Below, one piece after another: positions 9,567 through 19,296 of a stretch of DNA of 64,000 nucleotides (position 1 is its first letter; the number at the start of each line of letters is the position of its first letter). Source of the DNA: Candidatus Terrybacteria bacterium RIFCSPHIGHO2_01_FULL_48_17 (GTDB lineage: Bacteria; Patescibacteriota; Minisyncoccia; Terrybacterales; 2-01-FULL-58-14). The position numbers and the translations under genes are program-made. The notes under the pieces were generated by a model, which made no database searches, was not told the DNA's origin, and worked only from the letters and a program-made list of their open reading frames with translations. The stretch lies in the NCBI GenBank assembly GCA_001822835.1, contig MHSS01000013.1:10321-74320 (forward strand). The letters are read 5' to 3'.

Positions 9567-9853
9567 TAGCGTTCTCCTTGCAGCGACAGTACCTTTTCTT
9601 CAAGCTTTTGTTCGAATTGCTCCATAGCCTTAGGAAAGCCACTCCATTTTTGTGCTATTCCTTCGCGTTCTCCCATGACAAAGTAACGGGCTCGGCGTAA
9701 GAGAGAGAGGGAGGTGTGGTAAACGTCCTGGTCAAGCTCTACACATTCTGCGAGCAGAGTGGTTATGGTGTTTTCGCCGTCGCCGCGGTTTTCAAAATAT
9801 TCCAAAACGTGCATATAAAAACTAGATAGCCTCGCTTCTTTCGTGCGGTTCAT
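9566..9853 (-). CDS. Hypothetical small protein
   Basis: 95-aa ORF in an operon-like position upstream of the dipeptidase. No recognisable motif. Confidence 0.35.
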   Translation of the reverse strand: MNRTKEARLSSFYMHVLEYFENRGDGENTITTLLAECVELDQDVYHTSLSLLRRARYFVMGEREGIAQKWSGFPKAMEQFEQKLEEKVLSLQGER

Positions 9854-9951
9854 GGCCTCTCCTTTTTTGTTGTAAAAATAAACTACGGTGTCTTTCTAGC
9901 ACCGTAGCGTTTTGTTGTCAATTCTGATATCTGATCTCTGATTTCTGATTC

Positions 9952-10191
9952 TTACCTCGTGGTGTAAGGCAACAATGCCAAAAATCGTGCCCGCTTAATT
10001 GATCGTGCAAGCCGGCGTTGGTGTGTAGCGCACACGCCCGTTTTACGTGGCGGTAAAACTTTTGCTTGCGCCGATATGAATTTACGCAGAGACGGTATAT
10101 CTTTGTAGTCAATGTCTACTACGTTTTGGGTACAGAAAAAACAGTTTGCTGCAGGCAGGCGTTTTTGTCGTCTAGTAGGTTTTGGAGGCAT
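9952..10191 (-). CDS. rpsR: 30S ribosomal protein S18
   Basis: CFFCTQNVVDIDYKDIPSLRKFISAQAKVLPPRKTGVCATHQRRLARSIKRARFLALLPY matches S18 almost residue-for-residue in the conserved core. Start set at the internal ATG (MPPKPTRRQ) at 10191. Confidence 0.85.
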   Translation of the reverse strand: MPPKPTRRQKRLPAANCFFCTQNVVDIDYKDIPSLRKFISAQAKVLPPRKTGVCATHQRRLARSIKRARFLALLPYTTR

Positions 10192-10195
10192 AGCT

Positions 10196-10315
10196 ATGAA
10201 AATCCCAATGCCAAATGAAATTTCAAGTTCCAATATCAAAAACCGAACGCGCGAACCTTGGACATTATGTCATTGGGCATTTATTTGGCATTTGAGCTTG
10301 GGCATTCCGCGTGTA
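10196..10315. repeat. Intergenic repeat family A, full-length copy (about 120 bp) between ssb and rpsR
   Basis: gaaaatcccaatgccaaatg ... catttatttggcatttgagctt parallels 33804-33920 (aaatcccaatgtcaaa ... atttatttgacatttgagcttt). Confidence 0.5.
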
Positions 10316-10322
10316 GCGCGGC

Positions 10323-10802
10323 CTAGAATGGTATATCTTTAGGATCAATATCGTCAGGGGGCTTTTCATCCTCAAATGTCATCGGTGCTCCTTCTTCAAT
10401 AACGGGAATTTCCTCCTCTTTTTTCGTTTCCTCTGTTTTCGGCTCTGTGCCTTGTGCCTTGTATGCTGCTCCCTGGCCTTTTGGTCCAAGCTGCAAGCGT
10501 TCCGCCACAATTTCAGTTCGCCATCGTTTCTGGCCGTCTTGTCCTTCCCACGAGCGCGTCTGCAGCCGCCCTTCGATGAGCACGAGATTTCCTTTTTTGA
10601 GGTATTCGCGCGCAATCTCTGCGAGCCGTCCCCAGCATACCACGGTATGAAATTCGGCCTGTTGTTGTTTTTGTCCTGCTTTATCCATAAAAATGCGATT
10701 GGTTGCCATCCGGAAATTCGCAACTGGCTGTCCGCCTTGCGTCATGCGTGCTTCAACATCTATTGCGACGTTACCCAGGAGAAAGACTTTGTTTAAATTC
10801 AT
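10323..10802 (-). CDS. ssb: Single-stranded DNA-binding protein
   Basis: MNLNKVFLLGNV...FRMATN...EFHTVVCWGRLAEIA..YLKKGNLVLIEGRLQTRSWE OB-fold signature. Acidic C-terminal tail DDIDPKDIPF (the canonical tip is DDDIPF). Confidence 0.9.
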   Translation of the reverse strand: MNLNKVFLLGNVAIDVEARMTQGGQPVANFRMATNRIFMDKAGQKQQQAEFHTVVCWGRLAEIAREYLKKGNLVLIEGRLQTRSWEGQDGQKRWRTEIVAERLQLGPKGQGAAYKAQGTEPKTEETKKEEEIPVIEEGAPMTFEDEKPPDDIDPKDIPF

Positions 10803-10813
10803 AATATGTATGA

Positions 10814-11254
10814 TTATGATTGAATGGATTCGGTAGCAGCCACCGCTTCGTCTATCTTTTTATCTATTTCGCCTGGTGGCGCGGACTGCTCTTCCGGTGG
10901 GCTCGGCGGTTTTGGCGTCTGCGGCTGTATCGCGACGCGCGGTTTGGTCTCGCGTTGTTCTTCAATAATAAGCATGCGCAAAAGAACCTGATCGTGTTTC
11001 ATCCCCTCGCGGATTTTTTCTGGAGCGGTGCTTGGGCCTGTAAAAATCAACCATCCAAAAAACGCTTGTTTGTGGTGTTTGACGGGATACGAGAGAATAT
11101 GTCGTTTGGGATCTGGCATTTCGCGTATTGAGCCCTCTGCGGAACCCACCAGTGCGGAAAGCTTTTCCAACCATGTTCGTACTTCCCCTTCAGGGGTTTG
11201 GGGGCTTAAGAGATACGCCATTTCATATCCTTTGAGTTGTTTTTCGTCTTCCAT
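10814..11254 (-). CDS. rpsF: 30S ribosomal protein S6 with a Pro/Glu-rich C-terminal extension
   Basis: YEMAYLLSPQ....AEGSI....LSYPVKHHKQAFFGWLIF matches the S6 core. Sits in the classic rpsF-ssb-rpsR order. Confidence 0.85.
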   Translation of the reverse strand: MEDEKQLKGYEMAYLLSPQTPEGEVRTWLEKLSALVGSAEGSIREMPDPKRHILSYPVKHHKQAFFGWLIFTGPSTAPEKIREGMKHDQVLLRMLIIEEQRETKPRVAIQPQTPKPPSPPEEQSAPPGEIDKKIDEAVAATESIQS

Positions 11255-11261
11255 AATCGTT

Positions 11262-12284
11262 TTATATACGAAAAGTCAGGACATCGCCATCTTGCACAGT
11301 ATACTCGCGTCCCTGTGTTTCGACAAGCCCCTTCTCGCGTGCCTGTGTAAATCCTCCCGCGGCAACTAATTGGTGCCACGGCAGCGCATCGCACTTTATG
11401 AATTTTTCGGCAAAATCACTATGCACCATTGCTGCAGCTTCTACGGCCGTGGTACCTGTTTTGCAGAGCCATGATCTAATTTCGTTTCCACCGGCTGCGG
11501 TGAAAAAGGTTATAAGCGAAAGGAGTTTTTTTGCTGCCGCAATAATATCTGGGGCGCAAGATATAAAGCCAAGCTCGCGCAATTCCTCCGGAGAGAGTGA
11601 TTGGGCGTCAAGTTCCGTTTGCGCATCCAGCACACTGGCAGCAATATCTCTTGGCGAGGGTTTTGCGCCATTGAGAACAATTAGCATTGGTTTCGCAGAC
11701 AAGAGGGGAACTTCCTTCAAATAATCTACTACTGATATATTTCCTCTCACGTGTTGTTGCGCAGAGATGCCACGCCCAAATGCCTCGCGCATATCTTTCC
11801 AGACGGCAAGTGCTTGCTGCGCGGTTTTTTCTCCCGACCGGGCCATGGCCTCAAATCGTTGAACCTCCTTCTCTGCGGTTTCAAGATCTTTCATAATAAG
11901 CTCTGTCTCGAGTATAGATAAATCATCTTTTGGCTGGGGACTATCGGCAATATCTTTTGTAACAAAATTGCGGAGTACAACAATAATGACATCGGTTTCT
12001 CTGATATGCGCCAGAAATTGGTTGCCCAACCCCTCGCCTTGGTGCGCGCCTTTCACTAAGCCGGCAATATCTATTACCTCAATAGTTGCTGGGGTGCGTT
12101 TTGCGATACCGAGGATTTCTGCAAGCTTATCGAGACGTTCGTCTAAAATGGCGATCACGGCTCGGTTAGGGTCAATTGTGGTAAAAGGGTAAGGCGCAAT
12201 AGCGACAGATTGTCTAGAGAGCGCCGAAAAAAGCGTTGATTTGCCCGCGTTGGGAAGGCCGACGATACCTAGGGAATAGGGCAT
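11262..12284 (-). CDS. ychF: Ribosome-binding ATPase YchF (Obg-family GTPase with C-terminal TGS domain)
   Basis: GIVGLPNAGKSTLF Walker A, DIAGLVKGA, and C-terminal TGS (..GFIKAEV-like: FIKCDALPWHQLVAAGG...REKGLVETQGREYTVQDGDVLTFRI). Confidence 0.9.
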   Translation of the reverse strand: MPYSLGIVGLPNAGKSTLFSALSRQSVAIAPYPFTTIDPNRAVIAILDERLDKLAEILGIAKRTPATIEVIDIAGLVKGAHQGEGLGNQFLAHIRETDVIIVVLRNFVTKDIADSPQPKDDLSILETELIMKDLETAEKEVQRFEAMARSGEKTAQQALAVWKDMREAFGRGISAQQHVRGNISVVDYLKEVPLLSAKPMLIVLNGAKPSPRDIAASVLDAQTELDAQSLSPEELRELGFISCAPDIIAAAKKLLSLITFFTAAGGNEIRSWLCKTGTTAVEAAAMVHSDFAEKFIKCDALPWHQLVAAGGFTQAREKGLVETQGREYTVQDGDVLTFRI

Positions 12285-12311
12285 AGGGTACAGGGTTTAG
12301 GGTACAGGGAT
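12285..12311 (+). repeat. G-quadruplex-type motif (GGG-N4)x4, repeat family C
   Basis: aGGGtacaGGGtttaGGGtacaGGGa, directly abutting the ychF start codon (on the non-coding side) and 34 nt upstream of suhB. Confidence 0.4.
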
Positions 12312-12344
12312 TAGTTCCATAACGCAACGTGGTAGAATAAAATC

Positions 12345-13103
12345 ATGGAACGCCTCGAACTGGCAAAACAATTGGCGCAGGAAGCCGGGGAAATCGTGCT
12401 CGGATATGCGAAAAAGGGTTTTAGAACAAGCCAAAAAGACGGAGGGTCGCTGGTCACCGAAGCTGACCTTGCCGCGGAAAAGCATATTTTGGCCAAAATC
12501 AAAGAGTATTTTCCAGATGACGGGATCGTTGCAGAAGAGATGGGCGCGCAGGAAGGAAAATCTGATTTTTCGTGGCATATTGATCCCCTAGATGGCACGA
12601 CAAATTTCGCGCACGGCCTTCCTTTATATGGGGTTTCTATAGGAATTACCAAAGGAGTTATCCCATATGCCGGTGCCATTTTCCTGCCGCCGTTTGGCGA
12701 ACTTTATGAGGCCGAACGCGGACGTGGCGCACGATTAAATGGTTCTCTTTTATCAGTTTCGGGAACCGAAGAAACCTCAAGCGGTATTATTGCGCTCGCC
12801 GGGCCTCGTTTTGTCGATTCCGTACGGGACGACGAACTGCCTCTCCAAAAGATTATTTCGCGCATACGGAGAATTCGTGTGTTGGGAAGCATTGTTATGA
12901 ATCTCTGCCTCGTTGCGAAGGGCGCTGCAGATGGAGGTCTTTGCGTGCGGCAAAACTCATGGGATGCTGTTGCGGGCGTGTCGTTAGTTGAGGAAGCAGG
13001 AGGTATTGCGGTTGATTTTCTGGGAGAACCATACACGACAAAAAGTGAGAATTTACTTGTAGGAAACCCAAAGGTTGTCTCTTTTCTGCAAAAGTTAGTA
13101 TGA
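12345..13103 (+). CDS. Inositol monophosphatase family protein (SuhB/IMPase-like)
   Basis: WHIDPLDGTTNFAHGLP metal-binding motif and the AEEMG upstream motif. Confidence 0.8.
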   Translation: MERLELAKQLAQEAGEIVLGYAKKGFRTSQKDGGSLVTEADLAAEKHILAKIKEYFPDDGIVAEEMGAQEGKSDFSWHIDPLDGTTNFAHGLPLYGVSIGITKGVIPYAGAIFLPPFGELYEAERGRGARLNGSLLSVSGTEETSSGIIALAGPRFVDSVRDDELPLQKIISRIRRIRVLGSIVMNLCLVAKGAADGGLCVRQNSWDAVAGVSLVEEAGGIAVDFLGEPYTTKSENLLVGNPKVVSFLQKLV

Positions 13104-14581
13104 AAATAAACCCAACCATATTTCGTGAATACGATATTCGTGGGGTTGCTGGCGAATCTTTTACCTCTCAGGCAATTGCCGAGTATGAACGATGGTACGG
13201 CCCGTTTCCCGGCATCACCATCACTCTTGAGGCCGCAGAATACATCGGTAAAGCCTATGGAACATATATCCGTCGAGAAAAAGGCAAACGCGTGATCGTG
13301 GGAAGGGAAATTAGACCTTTTGCAAAAGAGCTTACCGAGAGTTTTGTAAAAGGAGTTTTGAGTACGGGATGCGACGTTTATGACGCCGATGAAGTACTTA
13401 CGCCGCTTGTTTATTTCGCCGTTGCTTTTTTTGGTTTTGATGGTGGCGTCAATGTTACCGGGAGCCACAATGTGTATTTCTACAATGGTTTCAAAATGAT
13501 GTCCCGAAATGTCCGTCCTATTTTTGGCGAAAAACTGCAAACCTTGCGGCAAATGGTAGAAAATGAAGATTTTGAAAAGGGAAATGGAACGTATGCTATA
13601 CAAGAAATCTATCCAGCATACGAGAAATATATCCTTGCGCAGGTTAAATTGGCGAGGTCGTTGAAAATCGTTATGGATTGTGGCAACGGAAGTAGCGGTC
13701 CTTTCGCGCCGCAATTGTTTAAAAAACTTGGATGTAAGGTAACGGGCATGTATACGGAACCGGACGCAACATTTCCAAACCATATTCCCGATCCGGAAAT
13801 GCCAAATACGCTCGTGGAACTCCAAAAGCGGGTTGTGAGAGAGCGAGCAGATTTAGGAGTGGCGTTTGATGCAGATGGCGACCGCGTTGGTTTTGTAGAT
13901 GAAAAAGGGGCGTTCATTGACGCAGATAAGTTCATCCTTATTTTGGCGCGCGATATTTTACAACGTCATCCCGGTAAAAAGATTTTATATGACGTGAAGT
14001 GCTCGCGATTGCTGCAGGAACTTATTCCGCTGTATGGGGGGGTGCCTTTTATGCATAAAACCGGCCATGGCCCCATAAAGGATACGCTTCATGCCGATTC
14101 TGATATTATTCTTGCCGGAGAAGTTTCGGGGCACCTTTATTTTGTGGAGGATTGGTTTCGTTTCGATGACGCCCTTTTTGGCGCCGCACAGATCTTAAAA
14201 CTTGTGGCCGCGCACGCCAGGCCATTTTCTTCGTTTTTCGAAGAAATACCGGTGACGGTACGTACCCCGGAACTGAAACTTCCCTGTGCTGATGAGAAGA
14301 AGTTTCAGGTAGTCGATACCATTTCCGACTTCTTCAGCTCGAGATACAAAACCATAACCATCGATGGGGTTCGTGTTTTGTTTGATGAGAAAAGCTGGGG
14401 CTTGATTCGTGCTTCAAACACCTCCGGTTATTTAACGATCCGCATTGAAGCAGATACAAAAGAGCGGCTGCTTGAAATTAAAAATATCTTTGCCGATAAA
14501 CTTGAAGAGTTTTCTGAAATTAGAGATAAGCTTAATAGACACGAAGTTTCCTCATTTACGGGCCGTCTTGGATGGGTTTGA
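13100..14581 (+). CDS. Phosphomannomutase/phosphoglucomutase (alpha-D-phosphohexomutase family)
   Basis: Active-site loop TGSHNVYFYNGFK (the TASHNP-type phosphoserine loop), about 490 aa, four-domain architecture. Confidence 0.85.
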   Translation: MKINPTIFREYDIRGVAGESFTSQAIAEYERWYGPFPGITITLEAAEYIGKAYGTYIRREKGKRVIVGREIRPFAKELTESFVKGVLSTGCDVYDADEVLTPLVYFAVAFFGFDGGVNVTGSHNVYFYNGFKMMSRNVRPIFGEKLQTLRQMVENEDFEKGNGTYAIQEIYPAYEKYILAQVKLARSLKIVMDCGNGSSGPFAPQLFKKLGCKVTGMYTEPDATFPNHIPDPEMPNTLVELQKRVVRERADLGVAFDADGDRVGFVDEKGAFIDADKFILILARDILQRHPGKKILYDVKCSRLLQELIPLYGGVPFMHKTGHGPIKDTLHADSDIILAGEVSGHLYFVEDWFRFDDALFGAAQILKLVAAHARPFSSFFEEIPVTVRTPELKLPCADEKKFQVVDTISDFFSSRYKTITIDGVRVLFDEKSWGLIRASNTSGYLTIRIEADTKERLLEIKNIFADKLEEFSEIRDKLNRHEVSSFTGRLGWV

Positions 14582-14633
14582 CGTTTCTTGGTATGGGAAG
14601 CAGGACGCCCCATAATTGTGGGGCGTTTATGTT

Positions 14634-15479
14634 TTATAGTTCTGGTTCAACTTGTATTGTTGCATCAGCCCGGAGTTTTTCTTCCAATGCCTTGCGCACC
14701 GTTTGTACGATTGGGTATGCGTTTTCAATGGTCGTGTGGGCTTTTACCCGAATGTGAAGGTCAATAAAAGGATCTTCGGCGGTTCCGCGGCTTCGAATAT
14801 GGTGGCATTCGATTACTCCGGGAATTTTTTCGACAACCGTTCGGATTTCTTGCTCGTCAAATACTTTTGCATCAATGAGTATTTGAATATTCTCCCAAAT
14901 GAGCTCGCGGACGGCAATAAAGATGATAAGCCCGGCAATCGCAAGTGCGGCAAGTGGGTCCAGAACCGATACTCCTATTTTGAGTGCGCCGTAACCTACT
15001 AAGACGGCCCCTCCGGCAAAAAGGTCGCTTACTGTGTGCGTCGCATCTGCCTTAAGCAATCGTGATTGCCAACGTTTCCCAAGGAAACGCTCGATACTGG
15101 CAATGAGGGCATTTAAAACGAGCGTTCCTACAAGTAGCCAGAAGGCGATGGGAGAGAACACAACGGCGCTTCCCGATATAAGTTTTTCAATGCCTTGCTG
15201 TGCCACCACCACTCCACCAGCGAAAACCATAAGGCCGATGATCACTACGGCGAGTGGCTCAAAACGTTTATGTCCGTACGGATGTGCTTCGTGTGCGGGA
15301 CGAGCTGCGAGCCAAATACCGAAAATTGCGACGATATTCGCCCCACTATCAGAGAACGCATGAATCGCATCGGCCAGAATACTTGAACTTCCGGTAAGCA
15401 CATGAAGCACGATTCGCGTGATTGCAACACTAAGGTTTAAAGCAAGGATAATACCAAGCGCGGTAATCTGTCGCTTCAT
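14634..15479 (-). CDS. Cation diffusion facilitator family transporter
   Basis: Six TM segments, the HAFSD-x-GANIVAI signature in TM2, and a C-terminal cytoplasmic domain (...IHHIRSRGTAEDPFIDLHIRV). Confidence 0.85.
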   Translation of the reverse strand: MKRQITALGIILALNLSVAITRIVLHVLTGSSSILADAIHAFSDSGANIVAIFGIWLAARPAHEAHPYGHKRFEPLAVVIIGLMVFAGGVVVAQQGIEKLISGSAVVFSPIAFWLLVGTLVLNALIASIERFLGKRWQSRLLKADATHTVSDLFAGGAVLVGYGALKIGVSVLDPLAALAIAGLIIFIAVRELIWENIQILIDAKVFDEQEIRTVVEKIPGVIECHHIRSRGTAEDPFIDLHIRVKAHTTIENAYPIVQTVRKALEEKLRADATIQVEPEL

Positions 15480-15594
15480 TCGTTTTCACCTCGTAAGGTT
15501 CTGTGTATTCAATTATAACCTATTTAGCGTATTTTGGCAACAATTAAAAATTCCCGCCATCCGGGAAGCACGAAAGGGGAAGCCATGGGTTAAG

Positions 15595-16575
15595 TTAGAT
15601 AAGCCCCATTTTCTCTTTTACCTCGTGTAGCGTTTTTTGGGCAATGTTGCGTGCTGCATTGCGACCCGTTTCCAAAACAGCATCAATGTATTCCGGCGTG
15701 TTTTCTAGCCGCTTTCGTTTTTGTTGGAATAAGCTAAGCTCCCTGGCAACTACTTCTCCAAGCTCTTTTTTAAAAATATCATATCCTCGGCTCCTATATT
15801 CACGAACAAGCTCTTTGGCGTCTTTTCCGGAAAAGGCACTAAATATGGTAAGTAAATTCGAAAGCGCCGGTTTTCCGTTAGGATCGTACACAATTTCGGT
15901 TCCTGAATCTGTAACAGCCCGCTTGATTTTTTTGCGGATAAGATCGGGCACATCCGAAAGCGCGATATACGAATCCTCAACATGGGACTTCGACATTTTT
16001 TTTGTCGGTTCCTTCAATGACATAATGCGCGCGCCTTGCTGCGCAAGAATCGCTTTAGGTTCTGGGAATAGGTTTCCAAAACGGGAATTAAAGCGTTTTG
16101 CAATGGTGCGCGTAAGTTCAAGATGTTGAACTTGATCTTCACCAACCGGAACACCCTCGGTTTTGTAAAGTAGGATATCCGCAGCCATAAGCACGGGGTA
16201 TAAAAGCAGCCCCGCGTTAACGCCCTGTTTTGCAAATTGTTGCGCCTTATCTTTATATTGGGTCATGCGCTCAAGTTCGCCGATTTGGGCCACCGTGGTT
16301 AAAAGCCACATAAGTTCCGTATGTTCTGGTATGTGCGACTGCACAAAGAGCGTGCAGCGCTTAGGATCAAGCCCGAGCGCTAAATAATCAAGCGCAATGT
16401 TTTTGGTACGTTGCTGCATCTCTTTCGGTTCATAGGGCTCGGTAATGGCGTGCAAGTCAACGATTAAAAACAAGCACTCGTGCTCTTGTTGCAGTTCAAT
16501 CCATTGTTTAATCGCCCCCAAGTAGTTTCCAATATGGAGGGTACCGGATGGTTGAATGCCGGAGAGGATACGCAT
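15595..16575 (-). CDS. trpS: Tryptophan--tRNA ligase
   Basis: MRILSGIQPSGTLHIGNYLGAI (HIGH motif region) and KMSKS. Confidence 0.92.
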   Translation of the reverse strand: MRILSGIQPSGTLHIGNYLGAIKQWIELQQEHECLFLIVDLHAITEPYEPKEMQQRTKNIALDYLALGLDPKRCTLFVQSHIPEHTELMWLLTTVAQIGELERMTQYKDKAQQFAKQGVNAGLLLYPVLMAADILLYKTEGVPVGEDQVQHLELTRTIAKRFNSRFGNLFPEPKAILAQQGARIMSLKEPTKKMSKSHVEDSYIALSDVPDLIRKKIKRAVTDSGTEIVYDPNGKPALSNLLTIFSAFSGKDAKELVREYRSRGYDIFKKELGEVVARELSLFQQKRKRLENTPEYIDAVLETGRNAARNIAQKTLHEVKEKMGLI

Positions 16576-16681
16576 AAAACGAGGGAATAGGAACCAGGGA
16601 ACAGGGAATAGCGGAATTGACTCTTTATTTTGATTCTGTTATCATTCTAGCGAAGTTGTTTGACAAAGGAAAGGAATAGAA

Positions 16682-17128
16682 ATGATTGTTGCGCCTGGTA
16701 TGTTTGCGACTGTTGTTATGTGTGTGGCCGTGTTGGGGTTGGCGTGTTTTTTGATTGGACGCACGAAAGAAAAAGGTTGGGAATTCTTTATCGGCGCTGG
16801 AGCGTTTATACTATTTGGGTTGGTTGTGTTTTCGATAGCTCTCTACGGCGGCATTGCGCGCGATAACGGTTTTGGCAATCCTCAAACCTCTCTTGAGCCG
16901 GGAGTGTATGAGATTTATGGAAAAAGATTGGGAAACGAAGTGCTTTATCTTTTAGCGGCGGAAGTGCGCCCGCAATCTACGACAGAGCCAAATTTCGTAA
17001 AACTTGCCTATAAGGATGTCGAACGATCGCCTACGCAGCCGGGAACTTTCATGGTAGTTAGGGTTACGCGCTGTTTCACAGTAACTGATTGCCTCACAAA
17101 ATTAGATTTTGTTTTTGTAGGAGAATAA
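16682..17128 (+). CDS. Hypothetical membrane protein
   Basis: Two N-terminal TM helices, then a soluble domain. No motif recognised. Confidence 0.45.
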   Translation: MIVAPGMFATVVMCVAVLGLACFLIGRTKEKGWEFFIGAGAFILFGLVVFSIALYGGIARDNGFGNPQTSLEPGVYEIYGKRLGNEVLYLLAAEVRPQSTTEPNFVKLAYKDVERSPTQPGTFMVVRVTRCFTVTDCLTKLDFVFVGE

Positions 17129-17142
17129 ACCAATACACTTTT

Positions 17143-17176
17143 CCTCGGCGCGAGCCGAGGAATTTCTTTTTTTCTT
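17143..17176 (+). terminator. Rho-independent terminator
   Basis: CCTCGGCgcgaGCCGAGG followed by aatttctttttttcttcc. Confidence 0.55.
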
Positions 17177-17424
17177 CCCTCTTTTCTTTCTGCGAGCGAG
17201 ACCGTTTTCTTTCTAAAATGCGATCCCAATCTACGAATAGCATCCGAATGCTCCGAATATTGACGTTGCGCAAGTGGCGTGGCTGCGAGCGGGTTACGAG
17301 CGCGGAACGGGCATGGTTCGAGCGGAGTCGCGTTTGACGCGACGGAGCGAGAGAGTGAAGCGCGAGTCCCCGAGCTCGCCACGCTGGGGCGAGCAAGGAA
17401 AGCGAGCAACCATGCCATCGCGCC

Positions 17425-19215
17425 TTACACCTCTATAATAACGGGTAAAACCATGGGTCTTCGCTGCGTCTTCTCAAACAAAAACCTGCCCAGCTCCTCT
17501 TTGATGCTCTCTTTGACATGCATCCAATTTGGCTGTTGCTGTGCTCGTTGTGCATGCCCCTCAATATTATTACGTACCAAATCGCGCGCCTCCCGTAGCA
17601 ATTGTTGTGATTCTTTCAGATATACAAATCCCCGCGAAATAACATCCGGGCTTCCTTTTACTTTTCCTGCATGCGTATCAACGACCGCAATAATCACAAA
17701 CATGCCGTCCCCGGCCATTTGTTGCCGATCCCGAAGCACTATTTCTTTCACATCCCCAACGCCAAGGCCGTCTACAAAAACATACTGTGCCGGCGCCTTT
17801 TCCCTCCGTACCTGTATTTTGTCATGGCCCACCTCAATAATTGCGCCATTGAATCCCACAGCTACGTTCTCTCGGGGTATGCCCATGGTTTCTGCAAGCT
17901 CGGCGTGCGTTTTCAGCATTGAATACTGGCCGTGGATGGGTACCAAAAACCTTGGTTTCACCAGCGCAAGCATGAGTTTCAGATCTTCGGCATACGCATG
18001 GCCTGAAGCGTGAATATCCATCATGCGATAGTGGAATACATGGGCTCCTTGCCGCATAACCGCATCTTTTAGATACTGCACTTGCCGTTCGTTTCCCGGA
18101 ACGATTGATGAGGAGAAAATGACCGTATCGTTTGGATGTAGCGTTATAAACCTATGTTCGCGGTTTGCAATGCGCATGAGTACCGCCCGCGCTTCGCCCT
18201 GCGCCCCGGTACAGAAAACCGCAACGCGTTTTGGGTCTATTTTTTCGGCATCCCTAACGTCCACGAGCATTCCTTGAGGAATTTTAAGGTGTCCAAGCGC
18301 GCGTGCTACTTCAACATTTGCTTTCATGCTGTAGCCATCAATAGCAACTTTACGGCCATATTTTTCGGCCAATAAGAATCCTTGTTGTAGCCGCCCGATG
18401 AGCGATGCAAACGTTGCCATGATAACGCGCCCCTCGGCATTTTTAAAAATAGGGTCGAGGTTTTCCATAATGACGGATTCTGAAAGCGAGTAGCCTGGGT
18501 GTTCGGCTCCTGTTGAATCCGACAGCAGGCATAACACACCTCGAGAGCCGATTTCCGCAATTTTTTGCAAGTCCGCCGGCTCATCTCCAACGGGCTTGAA
18601 ATCGAACTTGAAATCGCAGGTATGCACGATGGTGCCGATGGGCGTTTTAATGGCAAGGCCAATGGAATCTGGAATATTATGGTTTACGTGAAAGTGCTCA
18701 ATGATGAATGGGTCCAAACGCATTGGCGTGGGGTCGCCTTTTTTGAGCAGGTGGATTTGGGGTTTTGGTGAGTCGGGGAAATCCTCCTGGCGTTTTAAAA
18801 TCATGCCGCGCGTGAGCGCCGTGGTATAGACCGGCGGGTTGCCTAGATCTCTGAGAAGATAGGGTAGAGCTCCCATGTGGTCGTAGTGGCCGTGGGTGAT
18901 AAAGATGCCGTGGATAGTTTTCTCTTTGCCGCGCAAATACGAGATATTGGGAATGATAAAGTCAATGCCCGGCGTATCTTCTTCCGGAAAACGCAGGCCG
19001 ATATCAATAATAAGGCGGTCATCGCCGTACTCGATAACCATCATGTTGCGGCCGACTTCTTCAAAGCCGCCCAACGGGATAACACGAACGGCTTTTTGGG
19101 TCGGTTTGGGCATTTCCAGACGCTGTTCTTCGGGATAGCGTCTGCGCCTATGCGGCTGCATGTGGCGCGGTTGCCGCGGCGTCCTGCGACGTGCAGATAG
19201 TGGAGATGTCATCAT
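17425..19215 (-). CDS. rnj: Ribonuclease J (metallo-beta-lactamase/beta-CASP RNase) with an Arg-rich N-terminal extension
   Basis: VRVIPLGGFEEVGRNMMVIEYGDDRLIIDIGL...ITHGHYDHMGALPYLL (HxHxDH). About 560-aa core. An alternative start is MPKPTQ at about 19113. Confidence 0.88.
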   Translation of the reverse strand: MMTSPLSARRRTPRQPRHMQPHRRRRYPEEQRLEMPKPTQKAVRVIPLGGFEEVGRNMMVIEYGDDRLIIDIGLRFPEEDTPGIDFIIPNISYLRGKEKTIHGIFITHGHYDHMGALPYLLRDLGNPPVYTTALTRGMILKRQEDFPDSPKPQIHLLKKGDPTPMRLDPFIIEHFHVNHNIPDSIGLAIKTPIGTIVHTCDFKFDFKPVGDEPADLQKIAEIGSRGVLCLLSDSTGAEHPGYSLSESVIMENLDPIFKNAEGRVIMATFASLIGRLQQGFLLAEKYGRKVAIDGYSMKANVEVARALGHLKIPQGMLVDVRDAEKIDPKRVAVFCTGAQGEARAVLMRIANREHRFITLHPNDTVIFSSSIVPGNERQVQYLKDAVMRQGAHVFHYRMMDIHASGHAYAEDLKLMLALVKPRFLVPIHGQYSMLKTHAELAETMGIPRENVAVGFNGAIIEVGHDKIQVRREKAPAQYVFVDGLGVGDVKEIVLRDRQQMAGDGMFVIIAVVDTHAGKVKGSPDVISRGFVYLKESQQLLREARDLVRNNIEGHAQRAQQQPNWMHVKESIKEELGRFLFEKTQRRPMVLPVIIEV

Positions 19216-19296
19216 AATAAAAGATAGGACTATTGTAATTTTTTAGATGTATGATATAAAAGATGTTGTTGTTCTTTGAGAAAGGAAGGTGTTTTG

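Noticed and set aside
12704-13825. 373-aa ORF on the minus strand
   Set aside because: It is fully antisense to the phosphohexomutase and IMPase genes, which carry unmistakable motifs (TGSHN, WHIDPLDGTTNF). The translation is low-complexity and Cys/Arg/Phe-rich with no motif. It is a typical shadow ORF.
17279-18013. 244-aa plus-strand ORF
   Set aside because: Antisense to RNase J (HxHxDH motif on the other strand). Ser/Cys/Arg-rich shadow ORF.
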